From: Octopus sinensis
Lineage: Eukaryota
Direction: 5' to 3'
NCBI RefSeq assembly: GCF_006345805.1
Contig: NC_043009.1
Coordinates: 60,574,001-60,638,000, forward strand
Length of the DNA: 64,000 nt
Shown here: positions 1 through 12,117 of the stretch, piece after piece
Position numbering within the stretch: the stretch's first letter is position 1
Layout: each line of letters begins with the position of its first letter
Position numbers and translations under genes: made by a program
The notes under the pieces: model-generated
What the model saw: the letters and a program-made list of their open reading frames with translations, nothing else
What the model was told of the DNA's origin: nothing
Database searches by the model: none

Positions 1-125
1 AGGATCACGGTTTCGATTCCCAGACCGGGCGTTGTGTTTGTTTTTATTGAGCAAAAACACCTAAAAGCTCCACGAGGCTCCGGCAGGGGGTGGTGATCCC
101 TGCTGTACTCTTTCACCACTCTTTC
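1..125 (+). mobile_element. tRNA-derived SINE family D, 5'-truncated at window edge
   Basis: B-box-like GGTTTCGATTCC followed by the same body as the full copies at 2998 and 48515. Confidence 0.8.
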
Positions 126-251
126 TCCCACTCCGTTTAGCCTTCATTCGAAGGCTAAAACAATGCGAACGCATTGTGACCAGCGATGTGTAACAACATC
201 TGATGGTCTGGTCGGTCAAGAAAAAAAAAATTCATGTGACATATATATATA

Positions 252-381
252 ATCCACTCACAAGGCTTTGATCGGCTCGAAGCTATAGTAGAAGACACTT
301 GCCCAAAGTGCCATGCAGTGGGAATGAACCCACAACCATGTGGTTGGTAAGCAAACTACTTACCACACAGCCATTCCTGCG
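252..381 (-). mobile_element. SINE family A, head region
   Basis: Reverse complement of GCAGGAGTGGCTGTGTGGTAAG...GGCACCTTGGGCAAGTGTCTTCTACTATAGC, seen in about 20 copies in the window. Confidence 0.8.
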
Positions 382-398
382 CTATGGAAGAGAAAACT

Positions 399-589
<191 letters not shown>

Positions 590-590
<1 letters not shown>

Positions 591-1898
591 GGAAGCCAGG
601 GGCTGCACCAGGCTCCAGTCTGATCAGGATGCCCTTCCTAACGCCAACCACTCCGTGAGTGTAGTGGGTGCTTTTTACGTGTCAGGGGAGTCTGGCATCG
701 GCCATGATCGGTTGGTGCTTTTAACGTGCCACCGACACAGAAGCCAGTCGAGGCGGCGCTGGCATCGGCCACATTCGGATGGTGCTTTTTATGTGCCACC
801 GACACAGAAGCCAGTCGAGGCGGCGCTGGCATCGGCCACGTTCGGATGGTGCTTTTTATGTGCCATCGGCACAGGTATCACAACTACTATTTCCATTGAT
901 ATTTATTTCGATGTTCATGTACTTGACTCAATAGGTCTCCTCAAGCACAGCGGTATGTTCTGGTATCCAAGGTACTTTGAATGGGCAGGGCTATGCGGGA
1001 CTGGTGCAGGAAGCAGCCCGGGTCTTTGCAGTCTCAGCATATCTCCAGAGATCTTGGTCCTTCGTCATTGCCTCTGTGAGGCCCAACCATCTGAGGTCAC
1101 GCTTGACTACCTCATCCCATGTCTTCCTGGGTCTTCCTCTCCCCCTGATACCTTCAACTGTTTGGGAGCGGCACTTCTTCACACATCTCTCCTCATCCAT
1201 CCGCAGTACATGACCATACCATCGCAAGCGTTGCTCTTGCACACCACATCTGATGCTTCGTATGTCCAGCATTTCTCTCAGGGTGCTTACTCTCTGTCGT
1301 GCGCGCACACTGACATTACACATCCAGCGGATCATGCTAGCTTCATTCCTTTCGAGTCTACGCATGTCCTCTGCAGTCACAGCCCATGTTTCCCTACCGT
1401 GAAGCATGGCAGTTCGCACACATGCATCATACAATCTACCTTTCACTCTGAGCGAGAGACCCTTTGTCGCCAGTAGGGGTAGGAGCTTTCTAAACTTTGC
1501 CCAGGCTATTCGTATTCTAGTGGTGACACTCTCTGAGCATCCACCTCCACTACTAACTTGGTCACCCAGGTAGCGGAAACTATCAACTACTTCTAGTTTC
1601 TCCCCCTGGAGTGTGATGGGATCTGTTTTCTGAGTATCTGTGGTGTCTATTGTCCCTGTGCATCTGCCGCACATGAAAGCTATCTTATCAGTTAATTTCC
1701 CTTTGATGTTGCTGCACCTCTTATGCGTCCATAGCTTACACTGGGTACATCTTATGGAGTTTCTACCTACACCTTCCTACAGATCGAGCAGGGCCACCTG
1801 CCCGAGAGTGTGTGTGCTGAGTTCGCCTTTCTGCTTACTATAATTTTGGTCTTTGCTACGTTTACTGTAAGGCCCTTTGATTCTAACCCTTGCTTCCA
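590..1898 (-). mobile_element. RTE-type LINE, 3' part of ORF2 plus 3' UTR, with a PHD-like finger upstream of the RT C-terminal region
   Basis: ORF 991-1674: LEVVDSFRYLG, RIRIAWAKFRKL, RLRWYGHVLRM, RGRGRPRKTW; upstream frames give CSIC..CTQC..HKRC..CGRC; 3' UTR has ~63-bp tandem repeats. Confidence 0.9.
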
Positions 1899-1998
1899 NN
1901 NNNNNNNNNNNNNNNNNNNNNNNNNNNNNNNNNNNNNNNNNNNNNNNNNNNNNNNNNNNNNNNNNNNNNNNNNNNNNNNNNNNNNNNNNNNNNNNNNN
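1899..1998. other. Assembly gap (100 N)
   Basis: Directly visible. Confidence 1.
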
Positions 1999-2340
1999 AT
2001 TGAATTGGACGATTTGGCCGGGGTCTGGGAAGCCAGGAGGCTTCACTAGGCTCCAGTCTGATTTGGCAGTGTTTCTACAGCTGGATGCCCTTCCTAAACG
2101 CCAACCACTCCGTGAGTGTAGTGGGTGCTTTTTTCTTGCCACCGGCACAGGTGCCAGAGGGGGGGGGGCTGGCAGCGGCCACGATCGGTTGGTGCTTTTT
2201 ACGTCCCACCGGCACAGAAGCCAGTCAAGGCGACGCTGCCATCGGCCACGTTCGAATGGAGCTTTTTACGTGCCGAAAGGAAGCAACAGAAAGTAACAAC
2301 CACACTCTTACCCGCGCGTAGAGCGGGTCACCTTAAGCTA
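1999..2340 (-). mobile_element. Second copy of the same LINE 3' UTR
   Basis: Near-copy of 590-860 (GGGAAGCCAGG...CTCCAGTCTGAT...CCAACCACTCCGTGAGTGTAGTGGGTGC). Confidence 0.85.
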
Positions 2341-2398
2341 GTATACATATATATATATATTATACGCATATATATATATATATGTATGTATGTATATA

Positions 2399-2453
<55 letters not shown>

Positions 2454-2489
2454 TATATATATAATTTATATATTATATATGTATGTATG

Positions 2490-2542
<53 letters not shown>

Positions 2543-2722
2543 TGTGTGTGTGTGTGTGTGTATACATACACACGCACATACATGTATACTTACATACCCA
2601 TACATACATACATACGTACATACTACATACATACATACATACATACATACATACATACATACAAACATACATACATACATACATACATACATACATACAT
2701 ACATACATACATACATACATAC
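2340..2722. repeat. Compound (TA)/(TG)/(CATA) microsatellite
   Basis: Directly visible. Confidence 0.97.
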
Positions 2723-2739
2723 AATAAACTCACAAGTAT

Positions 2740-2930
2740 GATTGCTTCATCTTCACAGATGATTGCTATCTCTCTGAGTTTCTTCGTTGTCAATGACATT
2801 TCTGACCTTCCGTCCATGACCTCTCAGATAACTATTCATTCCCGCTGCAGATTTACATGGTTTGAAGCATAGGTGACACAGGCGAGTTCTAACTTGCACA
2901 GGATTGATGGGATCACTTTATGATATACAA
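2740..2930 (-). mobile_element. LINE ORF2 C-terminal fragment (RTE-like CCHH finger, decayed)
   Basis: Minus frame reads CHLCFKPCKSAAGMNSYLRGHGR, comparable to CGTCQRECLSRIGLHSHSRKC in the 14158 LINE. Confidence 0.6.
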
Positions 2931-2997
2931 CGTTTCAGAAAAAAAGGGAACCAGCCAATACAGAAAGCAATGTGATATGACTCACATATATACCTAC

Positions 2998-3345
2998 GTG
3001 GAGGTGCAATGCCCCAGTGGTTAGGGCAGCGGACTCGCAGTTGTAGGATCGCGGTTTCGATTCCCAGACCGGGCGTTGTGAGTGTTTATTGAGCGAAGAC
3101 ACTTAAAGCTCCACAATGCTCTAGCAGGGGGTGGGTAGCAAACCCTGCTGTACTCTTTCAACACAACTTTCTCTCACTCTTTCATTGTTTCCGTTGTACC
3201 TGTATTTCAAAGGGCCAGCCTTGAATCTCCCCGAGAACTACGTTAAGGTTGGAGTACTCAACCACCTACACGTTAATTTCACGAGCAAGCTTTTCCGTTG
3301 ATCGGATCCACTAAAACCCTCGTCGTCGTAACCTACGGAGTGCCA
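2998..3345 (+). mobile_element. SINE family D, near full length
   Basis: tRNA-like head GTGGAGGTGCAATGCCCCAGTGGTTAGGGCAGCGGACTCGC...GGTTTCGATTCC; tail CCCTCGTCGTCGTAACC. Confidence 0.85.
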
Positions 3346-3767
3346 CGTATATACCTACATTCCTTTGTGCAAGAATTTAAATCACCCGGTTACTAAGGGC
3401 TTAAATACTGAACTTTGAACTTTTACGAGTATATTCTTTCTTTCTTTCTTTCTTTTACTTGTTTCAGCCATTTGACTGCGGCCATGCTGGAGCACCGCCT
3501 TTAGTCGAGCAAATTGACCCCGGGACTTATTCTTTGTAAGCCCAGTACTTATTCTATCGGTTTCTTTTGCCGAACCGCTAAGTGACGAGGACATAAACAC
3601 ACCAGCATCGGTTGTCAAGCAATGCTAGGGGGACAACAATATCCAAAGCAACAAAAATATTGTCACGGCCTCTGCATACCAAACAAATGAGAAAGACCTA
3701 CAAGCTTATTTACAAAGTTATACATACATGAAGAAATCACAAATTTAATAAATGATATAGCCCCAAA

Positions 3768-3985
3768 AGGCGACGAGCTGGCAGAATCGTTAGCGCGCCG
3801 GGCGAAATGCTTACCAGTATTTCGTCTGTCTTTACGTTCTGAGTTCAAATTCCACCGAGTTCGACTTTGCCTTTCATCCTTTCGGAGACGATAAATTAAG
3901 TGTCAGTTGTGTACTGGGGTCGATCTAATCGACTAGCACCCCTCCCCCAAAATGTCGGGCCTTGTGCCTAGAGTAGAAAGAATAA
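3768..3985 (+). mobile_element. SINE family B, alternative-tail subfamily
   Basis: Head GGCGACGAGCTGGCAGAATCGTTAGC, B box GTTCAAATTCC, tail GGGCCTTGTGCCTAGAGTAGAAAGAAT. Confidence 0.85.
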
Positions 3986-4235
3986 TATAATCCCAAATTT
4001 AATTAATAATTTTTTTCCAAAGCACCTTTCCTTAAAAGCCTAATTACCACCCCACTCAAACCCACACACCCAAAAATGATTTCAACTCAACAGAGACTAT
4101 ATAAAGACAAGACTGACTATAATGCATTGTCTGACGATGACGTATATATATATATATATAATTATATAATATATATATATATATTATATATATATATATA
4201 TAGATAGATATAGATAGATAGAGAGAGAGAGAGAG

Positions 4236-4274
<39 letters not shown>

Positions 4275-5580
4275 AGATAGATAGATAGATAGATAGATAG
4301 ATATAGGAGAGGGTGATAGATAGACGGAGAGAGAGAGCAGACACAGAGAGAGAGAGCAAACAGAGAGAGAGAGAGAGAGAGAGAGCAGACAGAGAGAGAG
4401 AGAGAGAGAAGAAGTGAGAGAGCGAGGGAGTTAACGGTTCCGTTAAGGTAAGATCAACAAAAAGTACTCCACTGAGAGATAAATATCATTTAATGTACAC
4501 ACTGTAAAGACACGCCCTGTGTCTCCTTGGAGACACGAGGCTGGTTATAAAACCCTGCGCTGGCACGTGACCTCACAGCCAGAAACTTTTATTAGCTCTT
4601 GTATTTATAGTTAGTACATTATAATTGCATATTTGTATGTTCATCAGAGGTTAGCTCACGTTGCACTGAAATCCCTCTAGCACTAACTGTTTCTCTCTCT
4701 TTCTTGACCTTTCTCTCTGCCCCCTTATACCATTCCCGACTTTATTCATTCACAGCGATTACTTCCCCATCCACCCAGTCATGGGTAGCCTGCAATCAAT
4801 GAGGTCCGCGGGACTTTCTGAATTACATGCTTAATGAAAAATTACCCTAAATCTTTCCAGGGGTACAGCATACCTATTGATGAGCTATGTCTCATGCAGC
4901 AACGCTTCTCAAAAAAGTTACCTAATCCTGATTTAACCAAGTCATTCCTTTTTTGTTCTCCCCTTCTCAATTTCGCCGGGCATTATGTGACACATTTCGT
5001 CATAAATCCTTAATCTGGAATGTCATATTTTCCCATTCTTCACAATAACCATACACCTAGAAATTGTCTTAGATTTTATTTATATTCTTGCCTCACATGA
5101 CAATTTTCTCCCTTGCCATAAAAACAAATAAAACCAGTCAACTGAGATATTGCATTGATGCAGGACTCTAACCGAACACTTGTGAATCTCTGACCTGTAC
5201 GATGTTGATCGTGATTGCATATGTATGGTTGGATGTCCAGATATAAACGTCAAAGAATGCATCACAGAAAATGGCTGAAATTAAACATCTAACAACAGAT
5301 ACCTACGATATAGTTGCAGTCGGAAAAGCACAAGAGACTTAAGAAAACAATAAATACTGGATTGTTCGGAGTAACATTTTTGCATGTATATAAATTTCAA
5401 ATTAAGTTTGATATTACTATCTTTCCAACCCCGTCATCCTTACACTACTAATGAACTGTGACCGTTAATGTCTTAATCATAAAGAAATGCTTTCATTATA
5501 TACTTCTCTATCTTTCTTGTGTATAGTTTATAATAATTCTTTCTAATATAAGGTATTGTTTAATAAACTGTAAACCATGT

Positions 5581-5628
5581 TTTACTGATGAGATTCAACT
5601 ATATCGAAATAGCAGCTATCTACGAATG
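5581..5628 (+). ncRNA. Candidate type I hammerhead ribozyme, canonical core
   Basis: CTGATGA (5585-91), stem II GAT/ATC, GAAA (5606-09), stem III ATAG-cag-CTAT, triplet AUC; stem I weak (2-4 bp). Confidence 0.5.
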
Positions 5629-5799
5629 TTGAACTCTCTGTGCTCAAAAGAAAATTTTGAAGAATGAAACATTTAATCAAATAAATGTATAAAGATATTT
5701 AGGTGCAGGAGTGGCTGTGTGGTAAGTAGCTTGCTTACTTTAGTACAGAGTGGACGTGTTTTTTTTTCGCGGTGGAAGTCACGTCGGTGTGTGCCAGCG

Positions 5800-6842
5800 T
5801 CGAGAAATAGTGAAGCACGACTACTAGGTAAGGCAACTGTTTTTTTTGGGGTGGGGGGGACCTCAGTTTATGGGAAAGAATGCTTGAATAAAAGAACTTG
5901 CGGAAGACGGTTTGCACAATTAATAAGTGGAGATTTCAACCTTGAAGATGAAAATCGAACAGGACGTCCAGTTGAGTTTGATGATAAGCTCCTTGAGGCA
6001 TTACTTCAAGAAAATCCTGCATTATCAGCTGAAGAATTGGCAATAAAGCTTAGTTCAAACCATACAACTGTTCATCGTCATCTTCAACAACTTGGAAAAG
6101 TTCCTAAACTCGGAAAATGGGTGACTCATGAATTGTCTGCAAGTAACCGCAAATCCCAAGTTGACATCTGCTCTTCTCTCCATTCTCGCGAATTCCTTTC
6201 ACCCTTTTTAGATAGACTTGTGAAGGGTGATGAAAAAGGGATCTTCTATCAAAATGCTAAATGCCGTAAACAGTGGCTTGGTAAAAGGGGAAAAGCTCAA
6301 CCACAACCGGGAAGGGAACTTCATGGGGAAAAGGTTCTTCTCTCTATCTGGTGAGATTGCAAAGGAGTAATTCACTTTGAATTGTTACCACCTAATACAA
6401 CAATCAATGCTCAAGTCTACTGTCAGCAATTAGAGCGTTTGAACCAAGATTTGAAGAAAAAAAAAAGACCCGCTTTAGTGAATCGAAAAAGGAGTGATGT
6501 TTCATCAGGACAATGCGCGACCCCACACTGCAAAGATCACATCACAGAAGATCGAAGAACTTGGTTGGAAAAAAATTCCTCATAAACCATATTTACAGAA
6601 TCATCATTAGGCGGACACAACTTTCGCAAGCCAGGAGGAGGTCGAAACTGACATTTCAGAGTTCTTCGCTTTGAAATCAAAAGAGTTTTACATTGATGAG
6701 ATTAAAAAGCTTGTAAATAGATGGAAGGAAGTCATAGATAATCAGGGAAAGAACATTGGTGATTAAATTTCAATCAAATATAGCATTTGATCACTTGGTT
6801 TTTTTTATTCAAAATTTGGACAGAACTTATGGGATGACCTGA
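5800..6842 (+). mobile_element. Mariner transposon relic (pseudo-transposase plus right TIR)
   Basis: GDFNLEDENRTGRP, WVTHEL, GDEKGIFY, HQDNARPH; stop at 6352, frameshifts; TIR GGACAGAACTTATGGGATGACCTGA then TA; left end missing. Confidence 0.92.
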
Positions 6843-6881
6843 TACATAATATAATTTTTACACTTTTCAAAGTCATCTCGA

Positions 6882-6926
6882 GGGCCGGATGAAACCCTGC
6901 AGCGGGCCGTAAGTTTGACACACCTG
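6882..6926 (-). mobile_element. hAT (Charlie-like) terminal fragment
   Basis: Reverse complement CAGGTGTGTCAAACTTACGGCCCGC...ATCCGGCCC; flank ATCTAGTT resembles the NTCTAGAN target. Confidence 0.6.
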
Positions 6927-7284
6927 AACTAGATCCTTCTCTTCTGAAAAATATTGGCCATGTGCCAAAATATGAGAGAATATTTTCCATTAGTTTGATA
7001 AATCAATGCAGCTGTGATTTGCATTACAGTTTTCAACATTTATCGTTATAATATATACGATATGAGACATCGATTTTAATCTTTAAAAAATAATGATCAT
7101 ACACGCGAAAGAGATTAATGTTATGTAAATACACCTGAGGAGAGAATGTCATCGAGATGAAGACAAAGAAGACAGGTTTCAACATGTTTGATGAGTTTTA
7201 CAAACACATACACACAAACATACACACATACATACATACATACAAGCACACACTCGCTCTCTTTCACACATGCACAACAGGTAC

Positions 7285-7452
7285 GTTTTGAATTCAAATT
7301 CCGCCGAGGTCGATTTTGCCTTTCATCCTTTCGGGGTCGATAAATTAAGTACCAGTTACGTACTGAGGTCGATGTAACCGACTTAATCCCTTTGTCTCTG
7401 TCCTTGTTTGTCCCCTCTGTGTTTAGTCCCTTGTGGGTTGTAAAGAAATAGG
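7285..7452 (+). mobile_element. SINE family B, 5'-truncated
   Basis: CAAATTCCGCCGAGGTCGA...CATCCTTTCGGGGTCGATAAATTAAGTACC...GTAAAGAAATAGG. Confidence 0.85.
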
Positions 7453-7769
7453 ATTTCTAAAGGAAAGTGAGGTGTATAAGAGGATGTATAGAAAGAGTAA
7501 AAGAGAGAGAGAGAGAGAGAGAGAAGGAGAAGACAGAGAGAGGGAGTAAAGAGAGTGAGATGGTAGTAGTCGTGCATGAGTGTAAGGATTATGGGGAGGA
7601 AATGTCAAACGTCTAAGAGAGAGTGAGAGAGAGGCAAAGAGTTGGGGAAGTAAAAGAGGAAGAGGATGAGGATGAGGAGGGGGAGGCTGATGTCAGAAGT
7701 CAAGAGGTCAGAAATGAAAACTGGAAACAATAGGAAAAGCACTTAGAGGACCAAGGAGTGTGTGTGTGT

Positions 7770-8190
7770 GTGTGTGTGTGTTGTGTGTGGAATTCGTGCA
7801 TTTTTGTGTACTGGTGTGTGTATATATATGCATCCGGTTGTGTATGCGCATATATATGATCCATGCGCGTGTATTTATGAATATGTGTGTTCTTATTCTG
7901 TTTTGTGTATGTATGTATGTATGCATGCATGCATGTATGTATGTATGTATGTGTGTATGTATGTATGTATGTATGTATGTATGTGTGTATGTATGTATGT
8001 TTGTTTGTATGTATGCATGTATGTGTGTGTATGTGTGTATACATGTGTATGTCCACGCATCCGCATGTGCATGTCTGTGCATTTGCCTATGCCCATGTGT
8101 ATGTGTGTGTGTATGTCCATGTGTGTGCGTGTGTCCATGTGTGTGCGTGTGTCCGTGTGTCCGTGTGTCCATGTGTGTGTGTGTGTGTAT
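7770..8190. repeat. (TG)/(TATG) compound microsatellite
   Basis: Directly visible. Confidence 0.95.
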
Positions 8191-8349
8191 GTGACAGCGA
8201 AGACAAAGCGAAAAAAAATGTCCGTTTGTCGAGGTGACACTTTCTAAGAATGAGACCGCGCTGTCACGTGCTTAACATGACTTCCACTTAAGACGGAGAC
8301 ACCCCGTTAATGGTTACCGGCGCGACATACACCTGCCATCCAACCCTAG

Positions 8350-8618
8350 CATGTTTGCCTCCCCCCTCCCCCCCCCCCTCCTCCTCGTCCTCCCTCCCTC
8401 CTCCTTTTTCTCCTTCTCCCTTCATCTCTATTTTTCATCTTTTTTCTTTCTCCCTTTACTTTTTTTCCTTTACTTCCTCCTCTTACACCTACTCCTCCTC
8501 CGGCCTCTTTTTCTTCTTCCTACTTCAAACTTCCTACTTTACCACTACCACCACCACCACCACTTACTACTACTACTACTACTATACTACTACTACTACC
8601 ACTACCACCACCACCATT

Positions 8619-8654
<36 letters not shown>

Positions 8655-9130
8655 CACTACCACCACCACCACTTACTACTACTACTACTACTACTACTAC
8701 TGACCACAAAAACACCATCACTGCTACCACTCACCCCACCCCCTTTCTCGCATCATCACAATTACTCTCCACCGTCGCCGCCACTTTTTCCATCCTAACC
8801 ATCTCCACCACCTTCACCTTCACCGCTACCATCACTGCCACAAACATCACTCACTGTTGACAACACCACCACCACCACCACCACACCACAACCACCACTT
8901 CACGCTGACCACTACAGCACCACTTACCACCATCATCACAACACTTACGCACTATTATCACAGATAAACCGTCATCACCGTTGCTACTATGGCACCGACA
9001 CCACCACCACCACCATACCAAACCACCACCACCACCACGCACCGACCTTCGTACACCGCCATCCTCGCCATCACACATATCGAGCATCTCCCTCTTCTCA
9101 TCTCTCTACAACTGAACATCCCCACCCCCA
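8350..9130. repeat. Low-complexity pyrimidine tract then (CTA)n/(CCA)n triplet repeats
   Basis: Directly visible. Confidence 0.9.
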
Positions 9131-9267
9131 TCGCCAACTGGGGGGGGGAGTGAGCGAAGAGTTTTGTTTTGAGAAACAATACGTATTCACACACATACAC
9201 ACACACACACACACATATATATACACGTATATTATTATATATATACATACATATTCATACATTCACA

Positions 9268-9304
<37 letters not shown>

Positions 9305-9759
9305 ATATATATTTATATACATAAATACGTACAAACACACATACGCACACAGTCACACACACTCATTAATGCTACATACACTTGTTTAGTATCTGGTTGC
9401 CCGACACTTTGCAATGTAAGTTAGTTGCACCGCTCCGCCTTGCAGCCTGTTATGTTACTTCTTGCAATATTCATATCAGAGCGGACTGTGCGTTTGGATT
9501 ATTCATACACACCACCAGCTTTGACATGTATTTACCACTGCGGACCAATTTAGGTTTACAACTGATGTGGAACGCAACACTTTGAGACGGTAAGTTAAGA
9601 CTTCCTCGATATTTCAGTGTTTAAAACATGAAAGACTTTATTATATACACGCACACACATGCATACAATGTATTTGCTCTGTTTTTTTGCGGAATCAATA
9701 TATGGCATAACTACACAATTATGCCCCAATCGAATTTCTTTTCTCACGACTGCCCGTAA

Positions 9760-10230
9760 AATGGATATTTTGTAATGAAACTTTCTACAGATACACTTCA
9801 GATGGGGTAGGTCCCGATTATATCGGAATTTGTGCTGTAAAAATTATTTCCGAGGTGAGAAGAAGGTGTTTTGGAAAGTTCACATGAGTCGGCTATATTT
9901 CCTCTTAACATTCGACAAAATGGGTGATATTTTATATGAAATTTCCTGCAAATACTTTTCAGTCGTACCTACACAAATGCACCACCCCCAACACCGACTG
10001 TTTCTTTATGACTTCGAGAAACATGGATATTTTTTATAATGAAATTTTCTACAAATATGCTTCAAATGGTGTAGATTTTGATTACATCGGAATTTGTGGG
10101 AAAAAAAAGTTTTTCCGAGTGTGGGGAAAGTTTCGGAAAATTCTCATAACTTTCCAAAAGATCGATATTTTTTAATGAAATTTTCTATAAATACCTTTCA
10201 GATGGTTTATATTATGGTTATATCGGAAAT
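9760..10230. repeat. Diverged internal repeats of an unclassified element
   Basis: Motif GATATTTT..ATGAAA(T/C)TT.CT..A.ATA...TTCA recurs near 9765, 9926, 10026, 10166. Confidence 0.6.
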
Positions 10231-10232
10231 TA

Positions 10233-10830
10233 GGCGGCGAGCTGGCAGAAACGTTAGCACGCCGGGCGAAATGCGTAGCCGTATTTCGTCTGCCATTACG
10301 TTCTGAGTTCAAATTCCGCCGTGGTCGACTTTACCTTTCATCCTTTCGGTGTTGATAAATTAAGTACCAGTTACGCACTGGGGTAGATGTAATCGACTTA
10401 ATCCGTTTGTCTGTCCTTGTTTGTCCCCTCTGTGTTTAGCCCCTTGTGGGAAGTGAAGAAACAGGTATTTCGTCTGCCATTACGTTCTGAGTTCAAATTC
10501 CGCCGAGGTCGACTTTGCCTTTCATCCTTTCGGGGTCGATAAATTAAGTACCAGTTACGTACTGGGATCGATATAATCGACTTAATCCGTTTGTCTGTCC
10601 TTGTTTGTCCCCTCTGTGTTTAGCCCCTTGTGGGTAGTGAAGAAACAGGTATTTCGTCTGCCGTTACGTTCTGAGTTCAAATTCCGCCGAGGTCTACTTT
10701 ACCTTTCATCCTTTCGGGGTCGATAAACTAAGTACCAGTTACGCACTGGGGTCGATATAATCGACTTAATCCGTTTGTCTGTCCTTGTTTGTCCTCTCTG
10801 TGTTTAGTCCCTTGTTGGTAGTAAAGAAAT
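10233..10830 (+). mobile_element. SINE B trimer (184-bp period) with TSD
   Basis: GTTCTGAGTTC at 10300, 10484, 10668; flanks 10208-10232 and 10832-10856 match 22/25. Confidence 0.9.
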
Positions 10831-11301
10831 ATATATTATAATTATATCGGAAGTTAATATGAAAAAAGCAGAAGAAATTGATTCGTTCACAGACACACTG
10901 ACACACATCACAAAATGTAACTTGAAATTTTGGAGGAAATTTTCATGAGTTTCAGAATGAATGTGTGCGAACGCATCAGCTTTTTCTTTCTTTTCCTATT
11001 TATCTCCGAATTAAATTACAACATAATGGCGGTGCCCCAGCATGGCCACAGCTCGTGAGCTGAAACTAGATAGAATACAAAAAATAATCGTAATCTGCAC
11101 TAACTGAAAACTGTTTGTGATCGGTCATCGATCGTCTGCTTGTTGTAGTCATTAAAACTGCGGCCATTCTGGAGCATCACCATAAAGAATTTCAGTCGAT
11201 CGAATCGATCCCAGTACTTGTTGCATTTTTTCTTTTCCTTTTTAAAAGCCTGGTATTTATCCTGTCGGTCGCTTTCGTCGAACCGTTAAGTTACGGAACG
11301 T

Positions 11302-11940
11302 GGTACTATTTAAGAAGAGTGGTTTCGGTGCGCGCACTCGCGTACTCGCGCATCCGCGCTAGCTAGTCGCGACTAGTCGATCCTTACTTTGTGTTTTACT
11401 CTCTCTTTTACTCTTTTACTTGTTTCAGTCTTTTGACTGCGGCCATGCTGGAGCACCGCCTTTAATCGAGCAACTCGACCCCGGGACTTATTTTTTTGTA
11501 AGCCCAGTACTTATTCTATCGGTCTCTTTTGCCGAAACGCTAAGTAACGGGGACATAAACACAACAGCATCGGTTGTCAAGCAATGCTAGGGGGACAAAC
11601 AGACACACAAACATACACGCACATACATATATATACATATATACGATGGGCTTCTTTCAGTTTCCGTCTACCAAATCCACTCACAAGGCTTTGGTCGGCC
11701 CGAGGCTATAGTAGAAGACACTTGCCCAAGGTGCCACGCAGTGGGACTGAACCCGGAACCATGTGGTTGGTAAACAAGCTACTTACCACACAGCCACTCT
11801 TTTAATTACCTTGCGTAAAAAATTATTTATTTTGTCTTTTATTTACTTTGCTAGGTAGTTGTTGTAGGATCGATTAGTCACGACTAGCTAGCGCGAGCAT
11901 GCGAGTGCGCGCACCGGGACCACTCTTCTTAAATAGTACC
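11302..11940. mobile_element. MITE with ~85-bp CpG-rich TIRs and 9-bp TSD (Mutator-like)
   Basis: TIR GGTACTATTTAAGAAGAGTGG.../...CCACTCTTCTTAAATAGTACC; TSD ACGGAACGT at 11293-11301 and 11941-11949. Confidence 0.8.
11395..11800 (-). mobile_element. SINE A, near full length, nested inside the MITE
   Basis: Head, body, internal microsatellite and AAGTAAAAGAG tail present. Confidence 0.9.
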
Positions 11941-12117
11941 ACGGAACGTAAATACACCAACACCGGTTGTCAAGCAGGTGGCGGGAGGCAGACAAACACA
12001 CACACACACACACATATAAGACAGGCTTCATTCAGTTTCCTTCAACAAAATCCACTCACAAGGCTTTGGTCGGCCCGAAGCTATAGTAGAAGCCACCTGC
12101 TCAAGATGTCACGTCGG

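Larger units (their letters stand above)
11150..12117 (-). mobile_element. Older SINE A interrupted by a MITE
   Basis: Tail half 11150-11301 continues at 11941 (GTTACGGAACGT|AAATACACC). Confidence 0.75.

Noticed and set aside
136-177. Two adjacent perfect hairpins
   Set aside because: They appear to be part of a retroposon tail and I cannot support a separate function
2998-3075. tRNA genes at SINE heads (also 18900-18950, 48515-48570)
   Set aside because: A/B boxes continue into SINE bodies without a complete cloverleaf; they are retroposon heads
4540-4580. TATAAAA plus CACGTGAC as a promoter
   Set aside because: Short motifs are expected by chance and no downstream gene is supported
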